DNA of 64,000 nt, taken from assembly GCA_002633005.1 (NCBI GenBank), contig NMRA01000040.1:265362-329361 (forward strand). Reading direction: 5' to 3'. This DNA is from Phoronis australis (taxonomy: Eukaryota; Animalia; Phoronida). Below the pieces are notes generated by a model that saw only the letters and a list, made by a program, of their open reading frames with translations, searched no databases and was not told the origin of the DNA. Below are positions 12,401 to 27,400 of the stretch, piece after piece (positions within the stretch are counted from its first letter, which is position 1; the number at the start of each line of letters is the position of its first letter). A program made the position numbers and the translations under genes.

Positions 12401-15400
12401 TTACAAGGCAACTTAACTGGAAGTAGTTAACGCACTTTCTTGTTGGAAATTAGGTCTCACAAGGAACTAGGTCACAAGCTCCTAGCATAATCCATAGATA
12501 GGCGCATCTATTGTTCACTTTGTTTTTCTTTCTTATAATACAGAAAATGGTAAGCATTTATCAGTAACCAGCCCATGTTCGCCCAAGGTATGATATCCTT
12601 GCGACCTGTATTTTTATATCTAACAAAGATCCATCAAAGGAAAACAATGATTGAGTGCTGTAGGTGATAACCATGTGGCGTGCTTACGCCCGTCGTATGG
12701 ATCTCGCAAGTTAAACAATGTAAACATTTATCAGATATGTTCAAGAACATAGCGTCTATAAGTATCTGCGTGGTAAATGGCGACTTTAAGAAGATACTTA
12801 CCTCTATAAGATAGAGACATATGTTCTTGTAGAAGGAGTAAAGAATAAGCTTGCTGACACGGCTGTAGTTCCAAGCACCGTGAACAAACAAAAGACGGTT
12901 CAGAAATCGGAACTGGAAACGTACAGGAAACACAATTATTGGCCTTTAAAGATAGCGCCCTACGCCATCTAGTCAATAAGCCATGGAAAGCAGAGATGTG
13001 TCAAAACTACCAAATTGAATGTGTGTGCACAGCTTACGTTCAGTGTAGCTATTCCTAGTTAGCCAAGTCAAAGTAAAAGTAGGCAACCAAACTAAAAATC
13101 TGTGACACAAACGAAGAGTGATTTTTTGCTTTGTAATGCAATGCCCAACATATCTTAACTCAGTGGATGCACACATAGATTTTTTGGACCTCTAAAATTA
13201 TCCACAAAACCCTGATTACTTAAAACACCACAGCCACAGACTGCAGGGGAATTTGGTTCATTTTAAAGTCCCATGCACCAACATCTTTGAAAACCATTGT
13301 TCCAGTTCATGTTGTGGGTTGGAGTCTTACTTTACTTCTTTTTTACAATGACTCGCCATTAGCGATCCCAATTACAACCAAGAACACCATGGAAACGGGA
13401 AGTTTCAATTCTGCTAATTTTAGTTGATTTAATCCAGTTTGAAGTTTGAGAATTCTGCCGCATTTAATTAGCACTGCCTGGGTCTATGATGTAATATCCA
13501 TTGGGATAAGTTCCGTGAGTGACCATCAGCCCACCTGAGCAATAGCGTAGTCCGAAGCACACGTAGCTTGTAAGCCTTCCACCCCACTGATACCAATACC
13601 AACGTCAGCTGCCTGCAACAACAAATGGGCAAAATTAAATGCCCTCTATCATCTAGATTACAAAACAATCTTCAAATTAATGGCAAATTTTAACAAGCCT
13701 CATAGCACAATGTGGGCTTGACAAGGTAATTCACCGATTGATTATTTTGCACAGAATCCTTTCTTAAAACTGTCAGTCATTGTATTTTTCAAAAACCAAC
13801 CGCCTTGTCACAAATAATACAGACAGATTTACCCAGACTTGGTTCGTGATATTTGGAAAGTACAAGTCTTGCTAATACTTGAATTACTTAGAATTCTCTT
13901 AGGAGGAGTGCATACTTGTAGAGAAATCAAATTCCAATTATTTACCCTAAATGTATGTTTTACGGAGACGCTCTAAAATCACAATAATGCATAGACCAGC
14001 TTTTAAATTGAAAATCATAGTCCAGCACATCTAAATCCCCAGACATTCTGTCTTCACCGACCTCAGACAACTGACTGACCTGAATCATTCCGACATCATT
14101 AGCACCGTCGCCTATAGCTAGCGTGATCACTTTGACATTCTGCTTGACCAGTTGAACCAACTCAGCCTTCTGTAGTGGGGACACTCTGTTAACAAGAGAT
14201 GGGACATTAGAAAAGACAAATGCCCCCGTCTTTTATATTAATAAAATTCAAAATTTGACAGAACGGGAGACTAGGCCCTTGTGAGTCCTTTCCACATGAA
14301 GGGCAAGGTAGTTGATGCTGCACATTCAAACTTTAGACTAATGCAAACACCTATAAAACAATAGAAACATGACCTGTTCACTCGGCCGTATTTTGTTCTT
14401 TGGCAGTAGATGTGTACAACTCAGAAAAGCCAGCACCAACCCATGACATTATCAAAAAGGCTGATCTGAGTTGACTTCCTTTTGTGTGAAACGGAGCAAT
14501 TACCACGTCAGCAATGACTTCAGTTGTAACTCTTGGAAGCATGACAGATAATTGACCAGTGTATCCAGGTATGTTATGCTGTGCAAAAGTCTTCTGGGTC
14601 CAGGGTCAAATCCCTTAAGTCGAAATCCAACTTACTAAAAATTACTTTTGCCATTTGTTTCTCTACTTTTGTGCAAACTCAAGATAAGCGTCTATTATTC
14701 TATGCTTGAGTACATAATGGCTTACACGGACAACTTTCTAATCCTAGTTTGTACTTGATGACCTCAGCATTAAGGTAAAAAGTTGGAGCCTGAACTTGAA
14801 ATCTCGTATTTTTACTCCTCGAGATAGGGGTCACCAAATGCAAACTCGGAATAGAAGCTCATACTGCATAAACTGTAATGTACTCAAGCATAGACTAATA
14901 GACACTTATCTTGAGTTCACGCAAAAGTAGAATTGGAAACGCCAAAAATAATTTCGAATTCGATTTCGAGTAGAACGATTAGACCCCAGGCCCAGGTTGA
15001 TATCTCCATTTGAAAACAGCTCTGTGTCAGAAGTTGAAACCAAATGGAAATGTTTGTCATATATGGAAACACTACAGTATTCAACATTCCCCTTTTTACC
15101 ACCAGAATAACTTGAAAACACAGAGTTATTCAACGGCATTACGGTATTCATATAACAATATTACCACCGCATGTAACTACCTAATAAATGCAGGGGTATT
15201 TTTCAGGTACGACAGTAGTTTCAGCAGTGACGTCTAGAGAACATTCAAGTTCTACCTGATTTCAAAATGATACCGAAATGCTCTGTTTAATAACTGCACA
15301 TAACGTTCCAACTGACGTCAGCAGAACTGTGACCAGATGCAGATGTTCAGGACGTCTTCTACAAAAGGAGTCAGTCTCCTACCTGCAGCAGATGACAACT

Positions 15401-18400
15401 TTACACGAGACAGCCAGTTCAAGAAAGTCTTTACGACAGTCACATAACAAGGCATACTTCAACGTCTTGCCGTCCACAATTAGACCCACATCGTTCTCTC
15501 TGCCAAGCTGTTCCCCAAACTCTGCCGTGTGACGACGTATTGCTTCACGTGTGCTCTGAAATCGTGCAATAGACTGCGTTATTAAAGCATCCAGGCTATT
15601 TACTAAGCGCACTGTAATGAGCAGAAAAATACTGGTTCAGTTATATTTGTTTGTAAATTGTCGTCCAAATGAAAGATTATTCTGTTAATAAATTAACTTA
15701 TTTGCATTTTTTTAAACTCTAAAAGTGTTCCATGATAAAATTTCTATATTGACAGCTCAGCATCTACACATTTTGCAAATCATTTACGAGTGACCAAAAT
15801 TTAAACTCAAAAATACAATTTTTACTTCAATTCCCCAAAACCCTACTTACTCCCAGCCTTGTTCCTTGCATATTTTTCAAGTCATTTACGAATGGCTAAC
15901 TCAGCTAAACTGAATACTATAATGTCATGGGGCCCGTTCCAACAAAACTTAGCTAAGACAAATCTTAAATTTTAGTAAATTTTAAGATAAAACTTAACTT
16001 TGTCTTGAGACCATTTCAAGAAAGAGATCTTAAGTTTGAATTAAGTTTTTGATAAAAGTTTTGTCTTAATTTTAACTATCTTACCGGATGTGGAAGTTTC
16101 AAAGCATGGAAGTTAAGACAAATCTTAGACTTAAGTCAAAAATGAACTTAAGTCAGTTTCTTGGAATGGGCCCACAGTCTACAAACAGGTGTACCTGAGT
16201 ATAGTTGACTAAGCAAAAACTAAGGTTGCGTGGGACTCTAGCACAATGCAATTTTGTCGTAAATGACCATTCCGAGCCTCACGTACTCTAGACGGCAACA
16301 TTTCTGAGTAAACTGCAAGTCTATGTTCGTCGGACAACATGCGATGTGACAATCACACATAAGGCCTCACATAACCTTAAGTGTGACTAACACAAATAAC
16401 TGTATCTAACTCACAACTCTAGATACTTATTTAACATTACTTTAAGCTCTCAAGCTAGAAACAAATAAGCAAAATTAAGCGATCTTTAAACCAGCCTGTT
16501 GCTATATGCACTACATGAGATCTACATTACAGCAACCTTCTAATATAATAATAATATCTAACAAGCATAATATGCACTATATTAAACACAATCTTGAATA
16601 ATTAGAAGCCCTAGAAAGTAAAATAACTGGCACCATCTCCTTAAAAGTAGAGTGTTTTGACTGCAAGCAAATTAATTATGATGGACTTACGCGTCACGTT
16701 TTCAACAAAAATGACATTTCTAATGAAAGGTGCACCAGGGCCCAAAACCACAAAACTCCACGAGAGAATCGACTCAAATGCTAAGTCATCATCACATTAA
16801 CACTCAAAGTGTGATGCTTGATTACAGAGTGGTCAAGACAAATGATATCAGAAATGTCCTCACAAGGGGAATAAATGGCAGGCTCGGGCAAGGTTGGATA
16901 ACATCTGGGTTGAGTGTTCTGCAGACCAGGTTTTTTGTTCATATCGTACGTAAAAGGCGAGCGTTTCACAACTATTATCAACAGCTTAGTTGTGGAACCT
17001 AGCAAAATGGTGGCTTCGTAAGTGATTGGTCAGTGAGAACGGACTGTTCAATTATTGGATTAAATTCAATCTTGTGGAATAGAATTCGTTATTTCGATCG
17101 TAAGCTAAGATTTATCACCAAAATTGCATCCTGAAGTCTGAGGTGTACAAAACACTCCCCCGGTAAGGTCCTGCCATGAACAAGAATACGATAGACTAGT
17201 GGACATCGTCAGCTCTAACAAAAGCCGGCTACGGTTAAACACTACTCACAGCTCACTGCACCCAATGGGGGTAGCAATGGTCTATTCAATGTATTTAGTA
17301 GTTTGGTGGTGTCAGGCCCCAGAACAACATGCGCTATTAACACACCTTATAGGCAAGCTGGTGGTGACTTTTAGTCAGGTCCAGACTCATGGTTGAGCCC
17401 AACACCTGCGAGTGGCGTGCGTATGCAGATAGAGGGAAGCAGAGATACAGAAAGCTGTGTACAGAAGACTGGGGAGCATTTCATACAACACTGCACACCT
17501 CCACCAAGTAAGGGACACAATTCTACGTTTATTTTCATGGACTTCATCCAGTATTAGTGAGCTGACCATTCAGGAAGGTGCTGGTTTCCCTTCCTTGGCA
17601 GACCAAATAAAGCATGGCCTTGTCCCAAAATCCCTGAACAAATTATGTTGTGATTGCGAAAATATACACACAGCCGATGCCTGGACCACACTACCCTGAG
17701 AATGAACGCCAATGATTACCCCTCTGATGCTTTCATCATCATCATCATCATCATCCTCATCCTCATCAACAGGCCACAGCTCAATGAAACAATTGATGAA
17801 CTGGTGTAAACTTTTGTTTCACAAATAACAAAGTTAACTTACACGTTGCAACATCAGGATATGGATCTAAAATGTCACTGTAGTAACGCTATCAGAAGGA
17901 TGAGACGGATCGACCAATAAAATTTATGCAAAATAACAGTATTTGTAGTTCATCAGGATACTGGCATAAACTTTCAAATGTTTCAACTTGAATGTAATAT
18001 TTCTACGAAAGAACCATCACAACATGCAAAGACGGGTTATCAAAATGCAATGGTCGAGTTTTAGCAGACAAGTAACCGTACTAAGTACTCCAAGTAAGCA
18101 CAGCAAACAACAGAGGTCTCTGCATAATCTAGTATGAGGAGAGACACGTGAGAGATTTTGGTGGAAGGCACAGTCAATAAGGTGAACACAGAGAGAAGAC
18201 GGGTGAAACATAGCCACACTTCATTGGGTGTACTTACGTCCAGACTCTCTTCATTGATAATCACAAGAGGCATATCCGCTGTTAGCAGCTTACAAGAGTG
18301 CCCTGGAAACAGCATAACAAAGATCATTATATTAAGTATACATGTTACTAGGCCATGGATGGAGGAAAATAACTGACCAATGACTTCAAGGGTACATGAT

Positions 18401-21400
18401 TTAAACCTGTCGTTTCTACTGATCTCAATTTAAAGCTAAAATAATGTAAAATGCATATTTAAGCTTCACTCAGACCTTGGACTACTTTTCTGCATTAACG
18501 GGAAAAGCATGCAAATGAACCCCAGTGAAAATGACTTTGAGAAAAAAAATGTAAATCAGAGAAAGACTCTTTAGTAATTATTTGAAGCATTTTGTCTGGG
18601 ATTAACTAGAAACAAAGTCTTCGTCCCTGATGAGATACTGTGCGCAATGGAGGTCTTTCATTAATTTGTTTTCCAATCATGAAGAGCGGGATATATTAAC
18701 TTACAAGCAAGTTGTTATGTTCACTCCATGATAATTTGATATTAGTTTTACCAAAGAACTACTGAAAGTTGCAACTCATTTTGATGAGTGCAACAGTCTG
18801 CAATCACTGATATAAAGTTATTTGTCTAAGATGGCAAAAAGAAACCTTGACTTACCGATGTTGATGGCGGTTTCTTGCTTGTCTCCTGTTAATACCCAGA
18901 TTTTGATGTCTGCTTTGATCAGATCCGCTATGCTATCTGGCACGCCCTGAAACACAGCAGGGTGCACTGATAACAAATGTCTACGAAGTAACTGTTTTCC
19001 AGACTTAAAACTCAGTGATGCAACAGGACACATTACATTCCTAAAATGCTAAATGACTCCACAACTTAAATCTAAATCAAAATCTATATTTTATAAGATT
19101 TATAATGGATTCGTACTTTTGTGTTTGAGGAACTGTGCAAACAACAGACAACATATTTGTTTCCATAATAAATGACTTACGTCTTGCAATTTATCCTCAA
19201 TGGCTGTAGCACCTATTAGAAATAGTTCCTGAAAAGACAGAAGTGTGGCGCTTTACAACATCTCACGCATGCGTGACTGGGCAGTTTCATGAAAAGTGAC
19301 TTAAGACTTAAGAGAGAAATTTGGTCTCACCCTCCCTCTTCACAATTGCCAATTACAGATTTAGCCAAGAAATCTGAGCGCATAACACTTTAAAAATAAT
19401 TCATAGAAATTATCTCAGTAACTAGCGGTCATGTGTATATTCTGAGAGACTTAGCACTTTTGCCCAAGTCGGATTTAATTATTTTTCAAAAATAGTTAAT
19501 TCAAAGCATAAGACCGAATTTCTTATTTAAGCCTTTTAGACTTAAAATCACTTTTCGCAAAACAGACCCATAGTGATGCTTTTCCATCTCTCATGGTAAG
19601 TTGTTTTTTACATGCAGCATAACTCTTTATAAAGTCTGTGGTAGAAATTTTCTACTTGGGGAAAATAATGACAAAAAGTATCATTTTTTTGATTTTTAAA
19701 GCCATACAATATTGCTTCAAATGCTCAAATTTTTACCACAATGTTGTTTGGTAACATTTGTATCACATGAACAATGCTAACTTCCGTAGGTGAGCACACA
19801 TTGGCCTCTGTGAAGATCATTGGCAAGGAGCAAAATGGGCACGAGATCACTATCAATGCGAGCCATTTCTAGTCTACCATAATATCAAATATACGTAATC
19901 TGTCTTCTACAGTCAATCACAATGTTTTTAAGCGTAGAGCCGACTGCAGCCACTCGGAAATAGAAGTACTCATCAACATATGGTAAGAGTAGAAGATACT
20001 GCACATACTTGAGGGGATGGAACAGAATGCTTACAACTTCATTTCAAGCTGGCTTGCAGATATGTGTTATGAGCGAACACCAGAGTCGATAAAGGTGAAG
20101 CTGAAGATTTGAGGGCTCGTAAAGGACTCGATGAATAAAAACCGGGCTTCCCCGAGTATATCAGTGTACTGACGAAAGTGATATCTCACCCACCACTGTG
20201 ATAGTGACAGTAGCGATGTCTTGAATACAATACGATACACTGTTTATTGTGCTTCCATGGAAAGCCGTAGGGTGATTAAATGATAAAATCTAAACTATTT
20301 TACTGCGCTGTATTTCTTGTGGCAGTCAGCATTGTGTACATAGCAACTATCACTACCTTGATGGACAGTAGACCAGGGATAACACTGACTCTACAATGAA
20401 TATCACATGTGGTAAGTTTATCTTTAGGCCAGCGCACACAATATGATTGTTTGGCGGGATTATACCTCATGACTTCTACGAATACACAGTACAAATCGCT
20501 ATTAGGCACATGTGATAAGTTTGTCTTTAAGCCAATAAACATGATGTGATTTTTGGTCGAGAAGCCTCGCAATTTCTTACTTGCGACAAACTGTTGTGTC
20601 ATAGAACCAGCACGCATATCACAGTTTTTGTCGTGAGTCAGGCTATACTATACGATATTTAAGCAACAACAATGTAGGCGACAAAAAATCATATCATGAG
20701 CGCTTGCCTTAACACAGCCATGACGACCCCCATATCTTAGAAACTGAAAAAATACAAAGCTAAACATTTACTGTCTCAATGAGTTCAGCCGCCTCTGCTA
20801 ACAGCCTCTCCCTGTTCTTGATGGCCGTGCTCGCCTTGAAATAGACGTCTTTCCATTCTTGGTATCTCTCCTCTGTGATGTTCGAGCTGGCGATGCACAG
20901 CGTTCTCAAACCTGTCACAGAAATATGGCTGACGGTCAGAAAAATCAGACACGTTAAGGTCGTTTAGGACCTTAGAAAAATCTTCAAATTTGGCTAACTT
21001 TGGAATATCGTGCCTCAAAAATGGCTGATCGAATTCGCGTGAAACCTTCAGATACCGTGCTTTATGCAATGTTTTTCAAAATGCTCAAAGGAACTGAATT
21101 TACAATGCTCCAGGTTTGCATGAGGAGCTGTCAAAAAATACGACTTTCATGATTTGCATGAAATAACTCAAAGGTGGCATAAAACCAAAATGAGATATTT
21201 TAGAAAACTGCAACTGTTTTTGAGATTCCATGTTGAACATTTACATCAAACGAAATTTGGTCATGTTTTTGATATTATTGTTCTGCAGCTATGGGTGCTA
21301 AATTTTACTAAAAAGACATGGTCACGCGACCCAGATAATAGCAGATTGACACTGAGTCAAACATCAAATTGTATGGGTTTTCTACTTTCAGAAAATCTAT

Positions 21401-24400
21401 TATTAAGATACTTTTACAGGGTTAGATATTTAGCTAAACACACAGACTCAGTCTATAAGGTTCTATATAACCTTTCATTACACAATCTTGTATGGCACCA
21501 TCAATCTAGATTCCTTTCTTGCATAAATAATTCACGTGTACTTTAGTGTCACTTGGTGTACGGTGCCAGGAGTACTAGACCCGAAGAGTAAATAAGTACC
21601 AGGCAAGAGTACCAACTACCCGGATGAACAAGATAAAATCAGCAAAATTGTAACGCTCGTTTCATACAGTCAAGTGACCTAATTATCGGACGTTTTGGCA
21701 CATTTTGCATTATATTTAATTGAAAATACTACGGATTGTTGTAAATTCTTTGCTGAAATAAAGATTTACCTTCACGTAATTGTTCTGTTACTATATCTTG
21801 CCACTGAAAGCCACATTTATGTTCCGACTGATCTTCAAAAAACACAACAACCAAACCTTCGAAGAACCTAAATATCGGACACCATGTTTCTCCATACGCC
21901 ACACCGCGGAAAACTGACTAACCATGTAATGGCCGCGGGCACCTTGTCGCCAAATTTCAGCTCGAGTGTTTTGACATATATGCTGCTAGAACCCAGGTCC
22001 ATTCGCAACAAAANGTGGTAGAGGTTCAGTTACCACAGACGAAATCACAGGTGAGTAAGCACATGAAGCAATTGCTACCTAACACCAACAGTGCCGTGAC
22101 TCACCTAAGGTGGCAAAATCTTCCAAATGTTGGAGGGTCACGTCTGCATAAGATTGACCTTCTGATAACCTTTCATATATCACAGAATCCTACAAGAATA
22201 TGACACCATTCATTAAGTAACAATTGGATTGTATTTTATTCAGCTTATTACCAACTTTTCTGCTTTCATTTATCAGGCAAGCTAGACAAAGAACTAACAC
22301 ATATCTATACCAGCTTTTGGTATGGATCTCATGTTTTCTTTCAAAAGAACAAATTTTGATTTACAGTGACCTGAAATTTAATGAGCTTGATCTGAAGTTC
22401 TTCTGGTGCCCAGAGACCACATCTGAACTAAACAAGGAACATGTAGAGAAGACCAATATTACAACAGTAAGTGGCCTCAATCAAAATTTGTTTTTTGAGC
22501 ATTGGACGAGAAACTGGAGAAACGCATTAAAGACATACTCCTGCAAGACACGAGATCATTTCTCGTCAATCTCCCAACATAATTGCATACAAAAAAGTGA
22601 CCATTCAAATGTACAAGCACTAATTGCTGGGGAAGCCAGACATCTTGTTACTAGTTATAACTTTTTGACAGCTTTGAGCTCCATGTTAGTAGAAACTTTC
22701 AGGGACATTATTTTTCAGCTTCGTTAATTCTGTTTCAGGAGATAACTCCAATTGATGAGTGGAAACTTATGGATGAAAGAATATTGGAGGTCGAAGTTCA
22801 ACTCAAGAAACATTACAAAAATCTCCCCTTTGACTGCAACCCACGCGGCAGTGGTTTCTCATTCAAGGCTAGTCAAGACATCAGTCTAATTCATTATTAT
22901 TGAGCCTTGGTTGCCATCAAAAATCACAAGCCAGTTATCCACCAGGGTTCAAAGAGTAACTAAAACCATTCATCAATGGTTTCCACAGAACTGAAACTTA
23001 ACGGACTTAATTTTCGCTAATTTTCATTGCATTTCTTCAAGCAATAATCACACTTGAATATAACTTTTTACAAGGAATTCAATTTGAGAAGCCGGGAATA
23101 GCGTTTTATTGCTATGAAGCCATTGCTAATGCGGTAATTGCTCTACTAAACACAATAGGACCTTAGATTCCTTGATACACATGCTTCTTGGCGACAGCAG
23201 AATAGTAGGCCCTACAAATCAATTGACAAAGCACAACGTGCCATGAATCGGGTGAAGTTTGTCACTAGTTGTTCAGATGGATATCCTCACTAGGAAACTT
23301 GACAACTGCTACATGTCAAAAATGATAACGGTGCGACCAATTTATAATTCGCATTTCATACAAAACTTGAGTTTACTCACTGCACCCTTGCAGTACAATT
23401 TGATCTCTCCACTTGGAGTCCTGACGACAACGGACATCCTTTTCCTATCACTGAAAATGGAATGAAAGTCATTGAAATCATGACAGACCTGGGGACCAGG
23501 TGCAAATTCATCAACATTAAATCATCGAGCAAAGGTACAGAATTTCTATTGCTAACGCAATATTCAGTGGTCCACAGTGGCTCCCTGGTAACATCACTAA
23601 CCCCTGATGACACCAAGCTTATGTCATTAACGACTACATGTCTGTCAGCTGCCAGTAAAATACAAACTTGCCTGTAAGAAGCATTATACTCTACGTTCAT
23701 CCACAGAAACATAAATTTTTTGAAGATCGGTGATGTGACGGGTATGAGAACCTTTGACTTTTAAAAAAGCTTGGCACTGATGAGGGAGTTACTCTATCAA
23801 CACTGTAGACACAGTGTTTGAAGAATGATTGGTAAAGGATGCAAAAATGCACGTAAAACTACAAGTGAGATTAAATGACACAGGCTGCTGGGGAACTGGT
23901 GTACAATGAACTTTAAAACTGATTCATAAAGCAGACCCAACTTGATTGGTGAGGTGCCATTGATTGCGTTTCCTACAACACCCATCAAACAGTGTATAGC
24001 CACCACCACCTCCAGCTTACCTCGTAAAGTCCAACACATTCAAAATTTCAAATGTATGCGGCTCTCCTTTCTGAAAGCAAAAATTTTAAAAATTCATACT
24101 CCTTCAAAACAATGGGTGACATGAAGTCCACTACTCTACTGACTCAATGTCTCTTTTTATGACAACTAAACAAAGGGATAAGAGAAAACAGTTCACAAGC
24201 ACTAGAGCACTTCAGGAATAAGAGTCCTAGCATGACTGAATGCCCGACTTTTCAAGGAAGCACCAAACACATGGATCACTTTTTCAAGTCCACTCTCTAA
24301 ATGGGCAGGTACTCTAACTTTCCAGCTGCACCGCCCCCCCCCTCCAAGTCCAGTCCCTCTTCTTGAACACGCAATAAAGAACCTCTCAAGCTTGTTACAA

Positions 24401-27400
24401 GCTCAGAAGTCACCTCTAATCAGAGTAACGAGGAAGTCCAACACCCATGGTATAATTCAATAGTTAATATTTTATCAAAAACTTTAAGTAAAAACACTGT
24501 TCACTCTTAATTACGCATTATACAATTGGCTGACATACTCATCAATTTTACAAAACTTGTACGAAATACAAACAAACTGGGATGAATGTTCAAGCATCAA
24601 AATAATTAGAACAAAATAAACAAAGTGGACAAAATGTTCAACTTACTTCACACATAAGTACGTATTAGCAGAAATAGGTTTAGCTGCAGACTGCAGCAAA
24701 ATGAAAAATAAAGAAAAGATTTTTAAGCCAACATTTTCTGTCCACACTCACCACGTCCACAGTGACAGAATCAGGAGTCCGTGTGGTAAACACATAGTTC
24801 ATATTTCTTGCACCTTTGACAAGGGCACTTTCATCTGAAATTGATGAAGACGTTCTAAATGATAAAAAGACGCAAAATTTTGAAGTAATCATCAACTATT
24901 ACTGGGAATAAAGTTCCTCAAAATTCAAACAAAACTAACTGTCAAGACTCGTCTTTCACGACTTTTTAAAACCTCACTGCATTGTTAACAAGAGCATTGC
25001 AAATAGTGTGTTCCTAGGGGTGTTTATCGATTTCATGTAAGAAGCACGAGACAACAATTTCACCACAAGAGGTCCTTTTCGAAATTTCAACCCTGGGCAC
25101 ACGAGGGATTTGGAGATTAAGGCTTTTCATGTTGCAATACACTGCTTTCTTGAGGCTCTTGGGGTAACAATGCACAGATTCCTATAGAAAGGTGTGCACA
25201 AGGTGTAACTGAAGAATTTTACTTATGATTACAGAAAAGCTCTTTCCAAACATGATGAAAAGCCCCTACCGTGGCACTAGGGGGAGGGACAAGATGAAAA
25301 GTGACATGACCCACCCTAGTGATGCCACGCACCCTTGTACCAAATTTCAACCAATCAGGGGTTTTTGCGATAACAGGCAGACACCCAAACAAGCAGACAA
25401 TCGGAAAACAGGACAACCGGACAGGATGACAACAATGTATAACGATATATAAATATGTAGCCGCAATGATCCTAGAATCCTGACCTACTTTTATATCTCA
25501 AATTTTCAAAATAATCTCTGGAACATGGACTGTTGTTACCTGGTGAAGAGGCCTGATACAGTATTTTTGAATCGTTGTTTGGATCTCTCTCCGGGACAAC
25601 CGTGTGACACACAGAGAGAGCTGTAAGGAACTCATGCAATCCACGTCCCTTGTCCTGAAAATAAATTCAGCAACACGATGAAACATTAGCAAACTCCAAG
25701 GTATCAATAACTGAGTCTATGGTCAGTGGTTGGCAGTCTTTTGTGGTCGACAAGGTATGGGTTTTGTACCATCCACTAGATGGAAGTCGACAAAGGGAAA
25801 GGAGAGGTGAGATATGGAACTAATGAGGAGGAGGAAGAGAAGCGCATTGCTCGTACAGTTGGTATGAAGAAACAAAGGGAAAATTGGACCACCTGTGAAG
25901 GAGTGCTAGGGAGGAGAATCACAGCAATGAATCTTCTCCACATGGAGCAGCACAGGCTGAGGTTTTTATTACGCTCAGTGTATGATACCTTACCAATGAG
26001 GAGTAACTTAAAGTTATGGATGAAGGAGGATGGCGACAGATGTGGTCATTGTGATGGAGTGGAGTCCCTATATCATGTCCTGTCCAGTTGCAGGGTGGCC
26101 CTGGCAGACTTGCCGACACAACAAGGTCCTAAAGGAATTTGCGCACACACTAAGACCTAAAATGACCAGAATACAACAGCCCTCACCACCCCCCCTTTAC
26201 CACAGGTCTATTTAGGTCTCACTGCACACAGTCCCCATAGTTCTGTAGCATTGGTGAGTCATTCACATGAATAACCTGGCTCATAACTTTGTAACTATGT
26301 CTACTCTCTGAGAACAAACCTTGTCTAACAGATCTTGCTGTATTGCTGGGTCATGCAACCCTGTCGATGACTCTTCATTGTCCCTGTAATGCACAACACA
26401 ACAGTCATTATTCATTTAATGCCAGAGAAGATTCAAAGGCTGAATGATAATGCGAAAATTGGTACAAAGTGTCCAAGAGCTAGACAAGGATAATATTTTT
26501 TAACATTTACTCTTTTCCTTCATTCACCTACAACTTCACTTTAATGTAAAGATTTTAATCCGTGAAACGACGCCAAGGTAGCATCAAATGCAAGCAACCT
26601 TTAACAAACATACTGGCAGACCAAGGATATCATAATGGTCTCAACTTTTAAGATTAAGAGACTGTAATGTTACGACTTCTTCATGGTACATTTCCGCTGG
26701 CAAATCAAAGTCTAATGATTATTTTGCAGTTGATGAACAAGAGATGAGTAATTTGAATTTATTGTCATTTTCAATACTCTATTGTCAATTGGTAGGCGAA
26801 AGGGTGCCTGTACCCTCGTGCTCACCCCAAATGTGAAATACAGTCAGCTACTTTTGCATAAAGATTAGCCCAAATATCTCCTGTTTAATGGGTTTTCAAG
26901 ATAAGAACAGATTTCAAATGCAGATATAACCTCATCTGTTGTTTAACGTTACTTGAAGTCACACATGCCAGGGCACAGGCCCATTTTTACCATGCTTCAA
27001 AGACTTACCAATTCAGCCAGTACACATTTTATAGCGTGAAATCACCCCCAATGCAAGAATTGCTATGCTCCACTCAAAAGGAACTCAGATCAGTTCATGT
27101 GATATTAGCAGACATTGGGACTCACAGTTCTAGCATTTATCTATTGACAAAGTACAAAGTAGCGTGGAGTGCGCAATATTCCTACCGTCATCAGTCATAA
27201 CATTTTGATGCACTGCTATCACTGTCAACTCACCCGTATACAATGCTATCACTGTCAACTCACCCGTATACAATGCTATCACCGTCAGCTCACCCGTATA
27301 CAATGCTATCACTGTCAACTCACCCATATACAATGCCAGCTACACTAACTTTCCTAAGATCCATGACATTTCTGGTCAAAGTGCCTGTCTTGTCTGTGAA

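Noticed and set aside
22224-22727. Longest plus-strand ORF (167 aa) as a nested gene
   Set aside because: Non-ATG start, AT-rich, and no recognisable domain or splice structure.
23768-23822. Hammerhead ribozyme-like CTGATGAG followed by short stems
   Set aside because: Lacks the conserved GAAA core and a stem I pairing. Other CTGANGA sites I checked (18627, 46760, 54370) also fail.
27130-27333. Repetitive ORF ([10 protein letters not shown])n as a protein or exon extension
   Set aside because: It is the minisatellite read in a different frame from the ATP8A exon; the true frame hits TGA straight after the donor.
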